A stretch of 64,000 nt of DNA. Origin: Podarcis liolepis. Its lineage: Eukaryota. The notes under the pieces were generated by a model, which was given only the letters and a program-made list of their open reading frames with translations, did not search any database and had not been told where the DNA came from. Of the stretch, positions 1-12,975 are shown one piece after another; positions within the stretch are counted from its first letter, which is position 1; each line of letters starts with the position of its first letter. The DNA is taken from the NCBI GenBank assembly GCA_965112155.1, contig OZ218104.1; one strand, given 5' to 3'. Both the position numbers and the translations under genes were made by a program.

Positions 1-504
1 CCAGAAGGAGGTGGGTTGTTTTGTAAAAAAGAGAGAGAGAGAGAGGAGGAGGGCAAATGCTTTGCAGCACGCAAGCCCTGCAATTGTAAGGAGCTGTAAT
101 GAATCAAGCCGTCTTGGAAAACGTTGCTGAGGCCTGCCCAGCTTCAAAACACCTAGCCCAATGCAAGCCACCCGCCATGTATTGTGACTTGTTGGGTCCT
201 TGGCGACATTTCAGTTTCTTCAGTCTTCGTTGACCTAGCAGCCAAAAGCTAGGAGATTTATCAAGCCCACCCACCCAACAGTCTGTACTATGCAGCTGGT
301 AGGAAGCCTTCAGCTGAGGTCCCCAGCTGCAGTTTCTGTAGGAGACTCTCAAAATATCATCATACAGTATTCAAGCTCAAATAGAGGCTGCCTGACTTCT
401 CATGCAGTGCCTGTCCTTCTCCTAAAAGGAAATGATAGAGAGGTCAGGAGACTGGACAAATGGCACGCTTTAAATTATGTAGCGCAGAATTCAGAACATC
501 ACCC

Positions 505-576
505 AGGGACAGCTGTAGGCAGAATTCCTGTATTGCATGGGGGTTCCCTTCCAACTCTATAATTCTATGATTCTAA
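505..576 (+). mobile_element. CR1 3'-terminal remnant
   Basis: cccttccaactctataattctatgattcta tail. Confidence 0.6.
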
Positions 577-3500
577 TGTTCTCTTTCTTTTCGTCTGAAA
601 ATATCATTTTTTTACTATTTAAGCTACGTTATCAAAATGTAAGTTGTGAAATTTGTCACCATTACTTTCATTTAACCCTGATAAATCCAAGGATGAAGTG
701 GGTTCAGCTACCCCAAAATCAGATGGTGTGAAGCAGGCCCTGGGGTGGGGTAGCTAATCTATAGTCTTCCAACTCCTGCCAGCTCCAGCCACCATGGCCA
801 GTGGTTAGGGGTGATGGGGGAGGGGGCTGTAGTCCATCAATATCTGGAGGGGCCACCCCTGCCTCAGATGAATGAAGGAGTAAGGATTTACAAGCCAGCC
901 AAATGCCAGATCCCACATATCACAAACTAACCTTAGCATTGCATGACTAAAACAAAAAGTTAACGCATTGAGATTCCCTGTTTAGTGTGCCAGAGAAATA
1001 TAACAAAGTAGTTACTACTTAGAACTGAATTGTTTGCTGCAATCATTTTTTTGACCCGACAAATTTGAAAGGAAATCTGAAAAGCATGAATTCCAGGCAA
1101 AAATCCTCTTGCGAGTTAGGCACCATTCTTAATAACCCACACTGCCTCATACTTAGGATTTTAAAGTCAGTCTCGGGTCTGTTTTGGCTAAAATGTGGAA
1201 TTTTATGAGAAGGGTATAAAATCCCGGGATCTCAATTTTTTTTTTTATTAAATTCATTTGTTTGCATAGCAAGCATGTGGCTTTAAAACACCTGGGCTTT
1301 TAACAAAAAGTAGCCAGTCTCTCTTATTTGCCTTGGGGCTTTCTCCCCCCTTCCCCTTCTAAAGAGCACAGGGTTCAACTTCAGCCAATCTTGCTGCAGA
1401 AACATTAACGAAAATCTGATGAGAGCAAATCCCAAGGTGATACGGCTGCAGGCAGCTGTGAGCTTTGAATAAAGCTGCACTGTGGTTAACACACTTAAAG
1501 GAATGTCAGCAAAAATGTAGCACTTGGACGGGCCCCCAGTCTCTGGCACCTTCTCTTTTCTCTCCACCCCCCCCCCACAGCTTATAAAGCAGAGGAAGGG
1601 AACCTGTGGCCCTCCAGATGTTGTTGAACTCAAAGACCCATTGACCCTGCCAGCATGGGCAGCAATCAGAGATGATGGGAGTCTGACAGTATCTGGAGGG
1701 CAAAAGAATCCTCACTCTGCCCTGTTGCAAAAGTTGAAGTCTACTGGCACAATCTGCCCAGAAAATTATCTGGTGCTGGCCCACTAAAATGGCAAAGAGC
1801 TGGGTAAGAGTAAAGCTTGTGACCCAAACACTCTGTGTAAAGGAGTAATATCAACAGCAGGGGCAGGCAACCTGGTGCCTTCCAGATGTTCATGGAATGC
1901 AACTCCTGGAGTGCTAACTGGGACTGGAGGGAGGGAACCCAGTAGACTCCCCCAAACTATACATACACCCTGTCTTAAGTTTGCTCCCCAAGCCTGTGCT
2001 TGCATGTTTGGCAGTCAGTCCCACAGAGCTCAGTGGGGCTTCCTCCAAGAAGCTGGGTCACAGTATTTTGCCCCTCTTTCCTAGCAACACAGACTGTGGA
2101 AGTACCATATCCAAGTGCAGGTCCCCACAGCTAACTGGGACCCTCAGAGACAGGACTCTGTGAGCCCAAATCTTCTGAGAAGATTCTCTAGGCTCCCTTC
2201 AGACCAAAAGCCCCACACAGTTTACGATGGGGAACCTGAGACCCTCCAGTTGTCTTGGGACTCCAGCTCCCATCAGCCCCCCCCCCCAGCATGGCCAATG
2301 GTCAGAGGTGATGGGAGTTCAAGTCCAGCAACATGTGGAAGGGGCCACAGGTTCCCCATCCCTCTGAAAGATGTCCTATCCAAGCCTTCCTCATGGACAG
2401 ATCCATTCAGGACCAAATTTAGTTCAATGGACAATTTAGGATAATCTCCTCCTGCCCTCACTGGACTTGTGTGAAATCTTAACATCATACTTTTTAAATC
2501 TAGTTGTTATCTTTCTAATTTAAAATAAGCCAACCTGTTTTGTAGGCGATATTTTTTTTTATTACTATTCTTCAGCCTGCTTGGTTCTGTAGCCTCTTGT
2601 GAGGTTTGTATGTTTATGTAACAAACGCCAATCTGATTATTTGATGCTTCAGTCCGGCCTGTGTTCTATTTGTAATCAGAATGAGCTAAGAGAGCTTATT
2701 ATTTGAAGCAGAAACCACAACGCTAGCTGTAATTGCACAACTTGGTATGCAAAGTTGCAAATTTTGTGTTACATCAGATTTGGGGCAGTAGGGGAGGGGG
2801 TCAGAGAGTGGATTAAATTTCTGCCGAAAGATGGGACACTGTTGTTTGTCACTGCGACGTATTATGAAACAGGTCTTCCTAATTGGGTTATCTGAGTATA
2901 AAGCAAAAAAAGAAAGAAAGAAAGAAAGGTGGTTTTCTCAATAGGACAGATGCCCTTCACAAATTCAGGAGAGAATCATTTACAAGTCCCCCATGTTGCC
3001 AACTGCTGTCTGCAGAGTGAGCAGCTTGAAATAAAACTGGACCAAGTCCCAGTTAAAATATGAATAGTTTCCTGTATGCTTTTAGTTTCTTATTTATTTA
3101 TTTTTATTTCATAAAATTTATACACTGCTTGATTGTAAAAAAAGAAAACCCTCAAAGCAGTTTACAAAGAGAATTAAAAAATGAAAATATCAGTAGAAAC
3201 AACTCTTTTAAACATTCAAAAGATAAAACCAGCAATAAACTAAAAACAGACTTAAGACTTATGTCAACATTCTACATATCTGGGTAGGCTTGCCTAACAA
3301 AAATTATTTTAGTGGGCACCAAAAAGAATACAGTGAAAATGCTTGTGTGACGTCAATAGACCAGGAGTTCCAGAGTGTAGGTGCTGCCACACTAAAAGAT
3401 TGATTTCTTACAAATGCGGAATGGGTATTCTGTAACACCTGCAACAGTGCTAATTCCTCCTATCTTAATGGTTGAGAAGGCATGTATGGGTTTTCCAAAT

Positions 3501-4799
3501 AAACTAGCTGCTTAAGTCTTCCAGCAAAATGCTGGAGAGCATTCCTATGGTGTTATGTATGCATTGGTGTCTTTCGTTGCACACTTTTCCTTCCCGTGCC
3601 TTCCACCATTGCGCTGATGAGGGACACTGCAGGACACAGTAGTAACATACATTCTGTCATTCTAAGGATCCCTGTGCAAAGCTTCCCTCCTGCTGCCAGT
3701 ACCCCTTGCTGTAGACTCTACTCACTCTGTGTGCTATGCTGCAGTGGTGGAGGATCTGTGGCTCTCGAGATGTGGTCAGACTCCTGCTCCATTGGTCATG
3801 ACCACTGGCCATGCTGGAGTTGACTAATGGGAGTTGGAATCCAACAACATTTGGAAGGCCACAGGTTTCCCACTTTGGCTCTATTGGTCTAAGAACACAG
3901 GACACTTTGTTCTACGGATCCTTAGTGCATCTATCTCATTATTGTATTGGCAGAGAGAAGCGAATGTGGGGTCCTGCAGATGTTGTTAGACTAGAACCCC
4001 CATGCTGGTTGGGGCTGATGAGCATTGGAGTACAACAACGCACATTGTCTATAGTGGTTTACACGGACTGGCAGCAGCTCTTCATCTACCCAACTCTACC
4101 TGGAGATGTCAGGGCTGTATCTGAGGACTTTTGCAAGCATAGTCATGTGCACAACCACTTAGCTGCTTCTTTCTCCCATAGGGTCTTCCTCATGGACTTA
4201 TATTCTCTCTTTCGTTGATTTAAAAACAAAGAACGTGTTTGTTCTTTTGGTTAAAAATACCGACCTGGAACATGGGTGGGGGCTTGTGACACACAGAGAA
4301 ATGTTGTTGGATTCCCAATTCCCATCAGCCCAGCCAGTGGGAGCAAGGAGCAGGGAAGATGGGAGTTGGTCCAGCAACACTTTGAGGAGCAAAGGTTCTC
4401 CACTTCTTTTCTCAAAGAACATAAAATCTCCTACAATGTGTTATCCATTGTTCAAAACATACGTCAGGGAGAGACTATTGCTGTGTGGCAGAACACATAC
4501 TTTGCATGCCAAAGGTCCCATGATCAATAGCTGGCATCTCCAGTTAAAGAAGAATCAAGTAGCAAGTGTTGCGAAAGACCCCCTGCCTTTTGTGCCCTGA
4601 AGAGCCGCTGCTTGTCATATAGACTCAATGAGAACAGTGGTCTTTACTTGGTGTAAAACATCTTTGTGTTCACTTGCACCTCACCAGCTGCTGTGGGAGA
4701 AGTGGCAGGCTGCACACTCTGCAGTCTTCATGCACACACATTTGGACGCATATGTGTTTGAAAGAAGATGTATCTTCCCTACAGCATCTTCCCTACAAT

Positions 4800-4802
<3 letters not shown>

Positions 4803-4833
<31 letters not shown>
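4803..4833. repeat. (GT)n microsatellite
   Basis: Direct reading. Confidence 0.95.
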
Positions 4834-4835
<2 letters not shown>

Positions 4836-4934
4836 CTGTGTTAAATGATGTGACTGAATCATTGATCCTTAGGAGTAGCTCCATCAAGTGGTTGCCCATC
4901 CATTTAGTGGAGCCAGTCAATATTCTCTCTAGAA

Positions 4935-5070
4935 CAGGCATAGGCAAACTCGGCCCTCCAGCTGTTTTGGGACTACAACTCCCATCATCCCTACCTAACA
5001 GGAACAGTGGTCAGGGATGATGGGAATTGTAGTCCCAAAACAGCTGGAGGGCCGAGTTTGCCTATGCCTG
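4935..5070. mobile_element. Palindromic hAT-type MITE (young copy)
   Basis: 58-nt arms with one mismatch, CAGG...CCTG ends, perfect 8-bp TSD ctctagaa. Confidence 0.9.
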
Positions 5071-5138
5071 CTCTAGAAGTTGCCGGCAAATGTTTCTTAT
5101 GATCATATCTGTGAAGTGACCTTTTTTCTAACCTTAAG

Positions 5139-5281
5139 AGTGTAGAGAGCATGTTGCGGAAGATGCGAAGCCTGATTCTCTCAGCGACACTGCCGATCTG
5201 GCTCTGCCACCTGAAATGCCCATTCTAATTGACTTAGATGCCTTGAAGGACATTCTTGGGCCACCAATGTACGAACTGGAG
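5139..5281 (+). CDS. LONP2: LONP2 internal coding exon (fourth from last; equivalent to human exon 12)
   Basis: Pyrimidine tract and AG at 5137-5138, GT donor at 5282. The 143 nt translate as (E)CREHVAEDAKPDSLSDTADLALPPEMPILIDLDALKDILGPPMYELE, recognisable LONP2 sequence. The phase joins the next exon. Confidence 0.93.
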
Positions 5282-8224
5282 GTAATTATTGACTATTTTC
5301 TATCTTTGCTCTTTTTTATTTTGTAGCTTGTATAAATTAGTTGGTGGTGGTGGTTTGTTTGCTTCCCCGCCTTCAGAACAGCCAGGTTGGGAAGGGACTT
5401 CTGGGGAGAGTCCCATGGGCCAGATAGAAAGGCTGGGGTGGGGCCTGAATTTGGGTCCCTGGCCTGCTGTTCTCCACCTTATTCTAGTGGTACGAAATCT
5501 AAGCTCTTCGAGAAGCTACTTGGTTACATCCAGACTACATCTGAAGCCTCTGAGCTCTGCTCAGGCGCAAGGGTAAAACCCCTCTTATTACATGCAGTAG
5601 CAGGTAGCTCCCACTGAACTGTAGGTCTTATAAGGCCAGTGAAAAAATTAGGACCTAGGGATGGAATGTCAAACCTCCAGTAGCTCTGTGTGCAACTTTG
5701 AACCATTGGGGTGTTTTTCCTTGCGATTTTGTCACCAGGATCTGGCCACATCCAGGGGCCAAGATTACCGGATGGCAGCTTCATAAAAGAAGTGAGGCTT
5801 TGGCACGCTTGAAGGGGTTTCTTTCTTCTTAAGCTGCTGTTGCCCTTCTCTCTGCAGCGAGGAGCGCTGAACTTCCGTCTCTGTGAAAAACATTCCAGAT
5901 TGGTTCCGTTTGTTTTTCTTTGCTGCAGTCTGCAGTGGGGCCTCTCTCCCTCCCCACCCCACCCCCGGCTCAGAAAGCCTCACCTCTAACCTTCACTCTG
6001 CCATCAATAACTAGCTGGAAATCAAGACTCTGCAAAGGCCAGTCACATGTCAGCGCTCAGCTCGAGGAGGCCCGGCAGAGAGAAATTGAAAACCTCCCGT
6101 AATTGAATTGACTGGCCCTTCTGGAAGGGGAAGGCCCTTTTCAAATGACTATATATATTAGAGAGAAGTTAGGCCTATAATCTCATAAGCGAGGGTGCTT
6201 TGGAAAGAATCAATTCAATCAGCTGTTCCAAAGTCACAGTTCGCTTTTAGAGTCAAAACCTCTTTTGGTGGAATCAGAATATGGCACACCCCAGACGGAT
6301 ACATGTCACTCGCTGGAATTTCGAAATCCGATCCTGGCAGAGTCTGAGTGTGTATATCTAAAGCACCCTTTTGCCTCTCTCAAGAGAGATGGCTCAGTGC
6401 TGGCTGAGGATGATTAACTCATGATGGTTTCCTGAAATGCGAAATCCCTTTGTGTGCCTAGGAACACCCTGTGGCCTGCCTCTTCTCACATCTGTCTCTG
6501 CTGCTCCATAGGGCTGCTGCCACCCTGGTCCCAACTGCAATGTTTTCTTTACAATATTGTTGATGAATCCTGGGCTGCTTAATGGCCACTGGAAACAGCA
6601 GGTGTATAGGACTGTTGACAACCTGGAAGCTGTAGGTGAGGGCAGGAGTTGGAAACCTGTGGTGCTCCAGATGTTGCTGGAGCCCAACTCCCATTCTTCC
6701 TAACCATCAGCCATGCTGGTTAGGGCTGATGGGGGTCCAGACAGCAGCTGGGAAGCCACAGGCTTTACCCCCAGACTTTGGGGGGGGGGGTAAGGCTGAC
6801 TCGCCTAGCACTTTGCTTGAAAAATGCTGCCTTAGGTTTACAACAATGGACTCCTCTGAGCATTCAGTGGCAGCTCATCCCACCATTTGGAAGCTAAACT
6901 TTTCATATGTGTGGCAAAACAGAAAACGGGTTAAAAATCAGGGCGGGGTGTTTGTCTGCAGCATTAACACTAAACTTTTAAGATAGAATTATCTGGGTGG
7001 ATAAGAAAGTCTTCACTTGGTGCTACAAGGACACAAGACTTGGCAATAGGTGTGCCCTTCTGGGGAGAGAATTTCACAGAAAAGTCCACAGTTGAGGTGC
7101 CACCACTGAAAAGGCCCTTTGTCTCTGAAGTGTGTAGCAGGGAGCCTCTAAATATGGCTTCAATATTTGGGAGTAGGTTGCCCTTCGTATGTCTACATCC
7201 TAAACCATATGGGACTTAAGTGGTTTTAAGCCAGCACTTCACATTATACTTGGAGACAAACTATTAGGCAGTGATGCTCTGTAAGTGAGATGTGTTCTAT
7301 TCAACCAGCCTCAGTCAGCAGTCTGGCAGCTGTATAACAACTGCCTGAGGCAGTTGAAGTTCTGTGGGTGCAGACACTACCTACCAGAGTTGGAACACTT
7401 CTGAATCCCATTGAGTTCTGTAGAACTCTCCAATTAAATCAGGGAGACAGAAAGGCACCTAGCTTTGGCTGGATCATGGCCCATTTGAAGGTTTGATAGA
7501 GCACTTTTTAAAAAGCATCTTCCTTTATAGCAGTTAAAGTTGAAGGTATAAGAGCTGACCTTTCCTTACTTGGAGAATCTGAAAAACAGGGTAGATCTCT
7601 GGGTTGCTGCATAAATGAAAAGTTCCATTTGCCAACTTCAAAAAACTTCAACTCATTTTTGCTGTTACAAAAAAACAGTACTCTATTCTCTGCTCTATGA
7701 AGCACCCATTTTAAGCCCCTACCCACATGCACCCTAGCCTTAGGAGAAACTTTCCTCAGAGTATATGTTTGCAGCTCCACCCTTTCAGAAAGCTGTTATC
7801 AGTGGTGTTTCAGTCCTTAGCTTCCTTGGCCTGATGCAGGGAAGAAAAAATATGTGTAGCCGGAAAATATTAATGTGTGTAGTGAAAGGGTAACATTTCA
7901 CTTGAAGTTTTGCTTGCTTTGTTTGTTAAAGCTAGGATTCTGGAAATGATCCATGCTGCAAAATGTTGACATCTTTCCGCAGGGCCTGCAAGAAGGAGCT
8001 GTGCCGCCTGGCCTTTGGTTTGGACTCAGTCTAACCCTTATGTTTCCCTCCCCTTATGGTTTTGATTTATGGGCTACTGCTAAAATGAGGCTGCATTTTA
8101 AATTGTATTTTAACCCGTATTTTAATTAACTGTCCCCCCCCTTCCTATTACATTTTATTGTAATTTTATTGGTGTTAGCCACCCTGAGCTGGGTTCTGGC
8201 TGGGGAGGGTGGGGTATAATAAAA

Positions 8225-8272
<48 letters not shown>
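8225..8272. repeat. (TAT)n microsatellite
   Basis: Direct reading; forms the tail of an upstream LINE-like remnant. Confidence 0.95.
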
Positions 8273-8274
<2 letters not shown>

Positions 8275-8538
8275 TTTGTGCCCAGTAATAAGCAGAAGTC
8301 AATAAGCAGAAGTCATTTCTGAGATTCCCTCCTGTAATCCTCTTAGGAATGTTCCTAGAAGCTTGTCCAGAATGCCTGTGAACTAGGACCATTTCTGATA
8401 ATCAAGGATGCTCTAATAGCATGGGCATACCGTCTCTGCTGGCTCCTTCTTTGTTTCTGGGCTCAGTTCAAGATGCTGTTCAGCTCTTTGGCCCCATCAA
8501 TGCAGAGTTACTCATGGCTCAGTTTTATCCCTTATGCT

Positions 8539-8647
8539 CATGGGAGTAGCCAGGATTTTTGTCAGGGGGGCTGACCTTTTGTTAGGGGGAGCAGAACCTC
8601 AGTTTGCTATCTATTCTTATTAATTGGGGAGGGCAGCTACACCCATG
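8539..8647. mobile_element. Short hAT-type MITE
   Basis: TIR catgggagtagc / gctacacccatg; 8-bp TSD cttatgct; a relative lies at about 38123-38255. Confidence 0.75.
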
Positions 8648-8809
8648 CTTATGCTATTTAACATCTACATGAAACCACTTATTAGGGTCATTCGGAGAAA
8701 CCCATCTTGGCCTTTCTGCAGTACTGAAATCAGAAGACCTATTTCAAGCGGGAGCCTTATTTTCGGCACCAAGCTGTCCTTTTCCATAGAAATACTATGC
8801 TTCTTTCAG

Positions 8810-9017
8810 GTGTCCGAGCGGCTGAATCAACCCGGCGTAGCAATAGGTTTGGCTTGGACTCCTTTAGGAGGGGAGATCATGTTTGTAGAAGCCAGCCGCA
8901 TGGATGGGGAAGGCCAGCTGACTCTGACTGGGCAGCTGGGCGATGTCATGAAGGAGTCGGCACATCTTGCCATCAGCTGGCTGCGCAGCAACGCAAAGAA
9001 ATACCTACTGACAAATG
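8810..9017 (+). CDS. LONP2: LONP2 coding exon, start of the Lon protease domain
   Basis: ttctttcag acceptor and g|gtatgt donor; 208 nt; [69 protein letters not shown]. Confidence 0.97.
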
Positions 9018-9995
9018 GTATGTGAGAAGGCATGAATGGAAAGATCTGGCGCATGCTTCATGCATACATAGAATAGGTTTTGAACATGTCTGGCTTTTGC
9101 TGCCTGCCTCAGACTATAGAAGTGGAGGCCATCAAGCCTCTGGAAGACACCATACATTTTGGGTGGAAGGCATTTTTAGCTTGGGGCAAGTTGCAAAAGG
9201 AGACTGTTGCAAGTGCTTTGCATGGAAAAGGTCCCAGGTTTGGGCCTCAGCACAGCCCATGTAAATTAGCCGCCAAACAATACTAGCCTGCTCAGTTTTT
9301 TACTAGCCTACTTTACCCATAAGAAGAACTGGCAGAGAACAAACAGGGCAGTCTGTCCCAATTTTACCAGCCTTTTACAAGTTAAAATCAGGCTTATGAT
9401 TAGCAGGCTAAAAACACAGTAGGCTGGCTAAGAAAGGCGCTGACATGTCTCCATTTTATTATATTAAATGTCTTTATATAAATGTCTTTGGGTTAACCCA
9501 AAGAGCCTTATAGCAACCCAATGTAAAACAGAAGCTTTTCTTTTTAAATTTCTCTTTTTGGGCAAGGGTTTGATCTTTAAAAGTGCTTGGAATTGAATTA
9601 GTACTGTATATTTTGACACTGCTGTCTGGTTAAATTAGTCTGGGAATTCTTTCTTCTTGCTGCAGTAATTGCTTTGATTGTATTTTTTTGATTCCCGTTC
9701 TCAGGACATACATAAACTGAAAAGCAGATAGAAATGTTTCCAAATAAACAAAGAATTTGTAAATGGCCTCAGTTGGAAATTCCATTTTTAAGAACAGCGC
9801 AGCTATTGAAAACAGCAGAGTATTGGTTTTGAGGGACTTGCCTTCGTGTGAATGATCTGCACCTTGGTTTCTTAAGGTTGCTTTTACAAAAGGCTAAGAA
9901 TGCTGTTTTCCCTCTAGCTGCTTTTTAAAGATGTGCTTTAAGCCTCAGCCCCTCATCTGTAATACGGAGATAATACTAGGCACATGAAACCATTG

Positions 9996-10168
9996 AAAGC
10001 TGCCTTATAGTGAGTCAGACCTTTTGGTCCACCTTGCTCAGTCCTGCCTACTTTGACTGGCAGCATCTCTCCAGGGATTCAGGCAAGGGGCAGTCCCAGT
10101 CCTGCTTGGAGATGCCAGGGATTGAATGCATGTGAAACCACGTGCTCTACTCACGAGTTACAGTCCAG
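9996..10168 (-). mobile_element. Short tRNA-derived squamate SINE (Squam3-like)
   Basis: Ends in aagctgccttata on +; tRNA-like head. Similar copies occur near 4470, 34590, 58925, 60040, 60260 and 60895. Confidence 0.55.
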
Positions 10169-10357
10169 ATCCACTTTACAGATGCCAAAGGTGGTGTGTG
10201 TTTTCAAAGTATGCTTTGAAAACTCAGGACACTTCCTAGCGATGCTCAGTGTGTTTGTCCAATGGTGACTTTGCCTTAGGCTTAGCAGAAAGCAACTCCA
10301 CCTGGGCAGCTGATTTTCACCACTGGGGCCCTGCCTTGTGCAGCCCTCTGTGCCATA

Positions 10358-10714
10358 AAAGGTAAAGGTAAAGGGACCCCTGACCATTAGGTCCAGTCGT
10401 GGCCGACTCTGGGGTTGCAGCACTCATCTTGCTTTACTGGCCGAGGGAGCCAGCATACAGCTTCCGGGTCATGTGGCCAGCATGACTAAGCCGCTTCTGG
10501 CGAAACAGAGCAGCGCACGGAATCGCCGTTTACCTTCCTGCCGGAGCGGTACCTATTTATCTACTTGCACTTTGACGTGCTTTCGAACTGCTAGGTTGGC
10601 AGGAGCAGGGACAGAGCAACGGGAGCTCACCCTGTTGCGGGGATTCGAACTGCCGACCTTCCGTTCGGCAAGTCCTAAGCTCTGTGGTTTAACCCATAGC
10701 GCCACCCGTGTCCC
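10358..10714 (-). mobile_element. Full-length Sauria SINE, subfamily A
   Basis: GGGAC 5' start, tRNA-like B box (GTTCGAATCC), (ACCTTT)n tail; 13-bp TSD cctctgtgccata at 10345 and 10715. Confidence 0.9.
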
Positions 10715-11515
10715 CCTCTGTGCCATAGCTCATACTATTTCAGTGTCCCCCAACCTCAGCAACAAGGAATTTGAGGGGAGGGGTGCCTAAGCAGGTAGGT
10801 ACGACTGGCAAAAATTGGGTGTCCCACCTTGTGCAAGCCCCAGTAGATAACAGTCCTAACTAATTTTATCATTCACTTGAAGATTTATCCAAGTGAATTT
10901 ACTATTGACTGACTACTTCGAACAGCATACATTTTTGCCTGATCAAAACCAGCAATTCTGAAAGAAACCAGTGCTTTTATTGCCTGCACCCCGTATCATC
11001 ACCAAAGAAGCATTCCTCCTCTCACATGTGCAGAAGGGAATGCCTCTGCTGAGATAGCCCTTATTCAGCTACAGTTCTTATAAACACTTTAAAAAAATTA
11101 AAAGTAACTTAAAAAAAAAAAAAATCTGCTGCCCAGTTATGGGGGGGGGCACCATTTTTAATCCAATCAATTCATTTTAGTACCACGGAAAGTGTTCGTA
11201 CTGCTGTTAAACCGGTTTATCTGGGAAAGTGTTTCCAGATTCAAAGTGTAGCAGAGTATATTGACACAGGTGTTTTCTTCCTTAATCCTTCTGTCTCCCC
11301 CTCCTCCTCCCCCCCCCCTCCTCCACCACCCGGCACAGATCTCCTTTCAAATGCTCTGCTGCCAAGTGGAACAAGCGTCTGGAATGCAAGTCCTCCAGTG
11401 ATGTGGTTTGTTTATTTGTTTGTTTGCTTTCCCCCAAAGAACAAAAGACCAGAAGCACCGCAGGTTTGAATTTTCCACACTGAACATCCCCCCTCCCCAA
11501 TTCTCTTTCTTAAAG

Positions 11516-11706
11516 CTTCTGGAAGTTTTGATCTCCTTGACAACACAGACATCCATCTGCACTTCCCAGCTGGAGCTGTCACAAAAGATGGACCATCTGC
11601 TGGTGTTACCATAGTAACCTGCCTTGCCTCCTTGTTCAGTGGGCGGCTAGTGCGTTCAGATGTAGCCATGACTGGAGAAATTACACTAAGAGGCCTTGTT
11701 CTTCCA
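11516..11706 (+). CDS. LONP2: LONP2 coding exon containing the catalytic Ser (KDGPSAG)
   Basis: ttcttaaag acceptor and gtaagt donor; 191 nt; (A)[63 protein letters not shown]. Confidence 0.97.
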
Positions 11707-12155
11707 GTAAGTATTCTTTGCAGGTAACGATATTGTTGAGGCTTTCTATCTCTCTATCTCATCCCCTGCCCCACCCCCTGCAAAACAAAAAAACCCAATA
11801 CACCGCACATTCCAATACTAGTTCTAATTCTTTAATCTAGTCACGCTACTGAAGGTTGTCTGGTAAAGTTAGCACAGTTCTACAAAACAAACAGTTAGCA
11901 GATACTTTATTTTTCAAATCTGCTCTACATTAGTGATCTGCCACAGGCGACATTTGCAAGACAACAGAGAAGATAATAGTAATTTATTCCAGAGGGTGGG
12001 GCTTATATTTTCAGATATTGCCTAATTGAAAACTGTGGCCGCATCATCACTTTGTTCTCTGGGGAGCTGTTGAAGAAGGAATTTTTTTACCAGATTCAGC
12101 CAGTTTTACTTCCTTCCCACTTCTGTCTTGATGACAGCTAAGAATACCCCTAGAT

Positions 12156-12538
12156 CAGACATGTTCAACCGGTCGACCATGATCTACAGGTAGATCCCTG
12201 GGTGCTCCTGGTAGATCATGGTTGATCGTGGGACCCTTATCGATCTCAGGATTAAAATAATGTTTCCAACCCCCTCCCCCCCTCTGTTCCTCCGTCGCGT
12301 AAAGTGTTTGCTTGTTTGGCGTTTGTTGCTGTCGAACGTGGATATGATCATTGTCTTAATTGGTGTGTGCATTTGTTTTCTTACTGTTTTTTTTTTTTTT
12401 GGTGAGCGATGTATGGCATTTCCCCCAAAAAAGTTCAACAACTCTGGCTCCTCCTCCCTCTAATGTCAATGGGTAGATCACTGCCAGTTTTTCTATACTG
12501 GGAGTAGATCGCAGTCCCTTGGGAGTTGGATGTGCCTG
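12156..12538. mobile_element. Non-autonomous hAT element
   Basis: CAG...CTG ends, subterminal gtagatc/gatctac repeats, near-perfect TSD ccctagat / ccctagaa. Confidence 0.7.
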
Positions 12539-12559
12539 CCCTAGAAGTTTGGTTAAACA

Positions 12560-12975
12560 CCACTTCCAAGAACTGGAAGTGTTGCTCACTGGGGCAATAT
12601 GGTTTGAGCATATGATGCCAATCCTGGCCTGACTGCAGTGGCTGACGGTTAGTTTTCGGGTCCAATTCAAAGTGCTGGTTTTGACCTATTAAGCCTTAAA
12701 TGGCTCAGGTCCACAATACCTCAAGGACTGCCTTTCCTCACATGAACCGACCTTCAGCCCCTCTTCATGTGCTTCCTCCACCAGGTGCCGGGGGCAGGAA
12801 TATGAGAGAGGGCCTTTACTGTGGTGGCTCCCCACTTGTGGAATGCTCTCCCCAGGGAGACTCACCTGGCACCTTTGTTACATATATTTTAGGTGCCAGG
12901 CAAAATTAAACAATCTGTGTAACTGTAAACCACTCTGTGATCCTCAGATGGAAGGGTGGTATAGAAATTTTCATC
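12560..12975 (+). mobile_element. L2-like LINE 3' fragment
   Basis: Degenerate LQWLTVSFRVQFKVLVLTY*ALNGSGPQYLKD motif. Confidence 0.65.

Noticed and set aside
1-5100. Search for the preceding LONP2 exon (YTREAGVR-type motif)
   Set aside because: Not seen by eye; the window appears to start inside that intron.
8624-8809. N-terminal part of the 133-aa ORF 8624-9025
   Set aside because: Intron and MITE sequence upstream of the acceptor at 8809; only 8810-9017 is LONP2.
10620-10714. tRNA-like A/B boxes as tRNA genes
   Set aside because: They are SINE heads with no complete cloverleaf.
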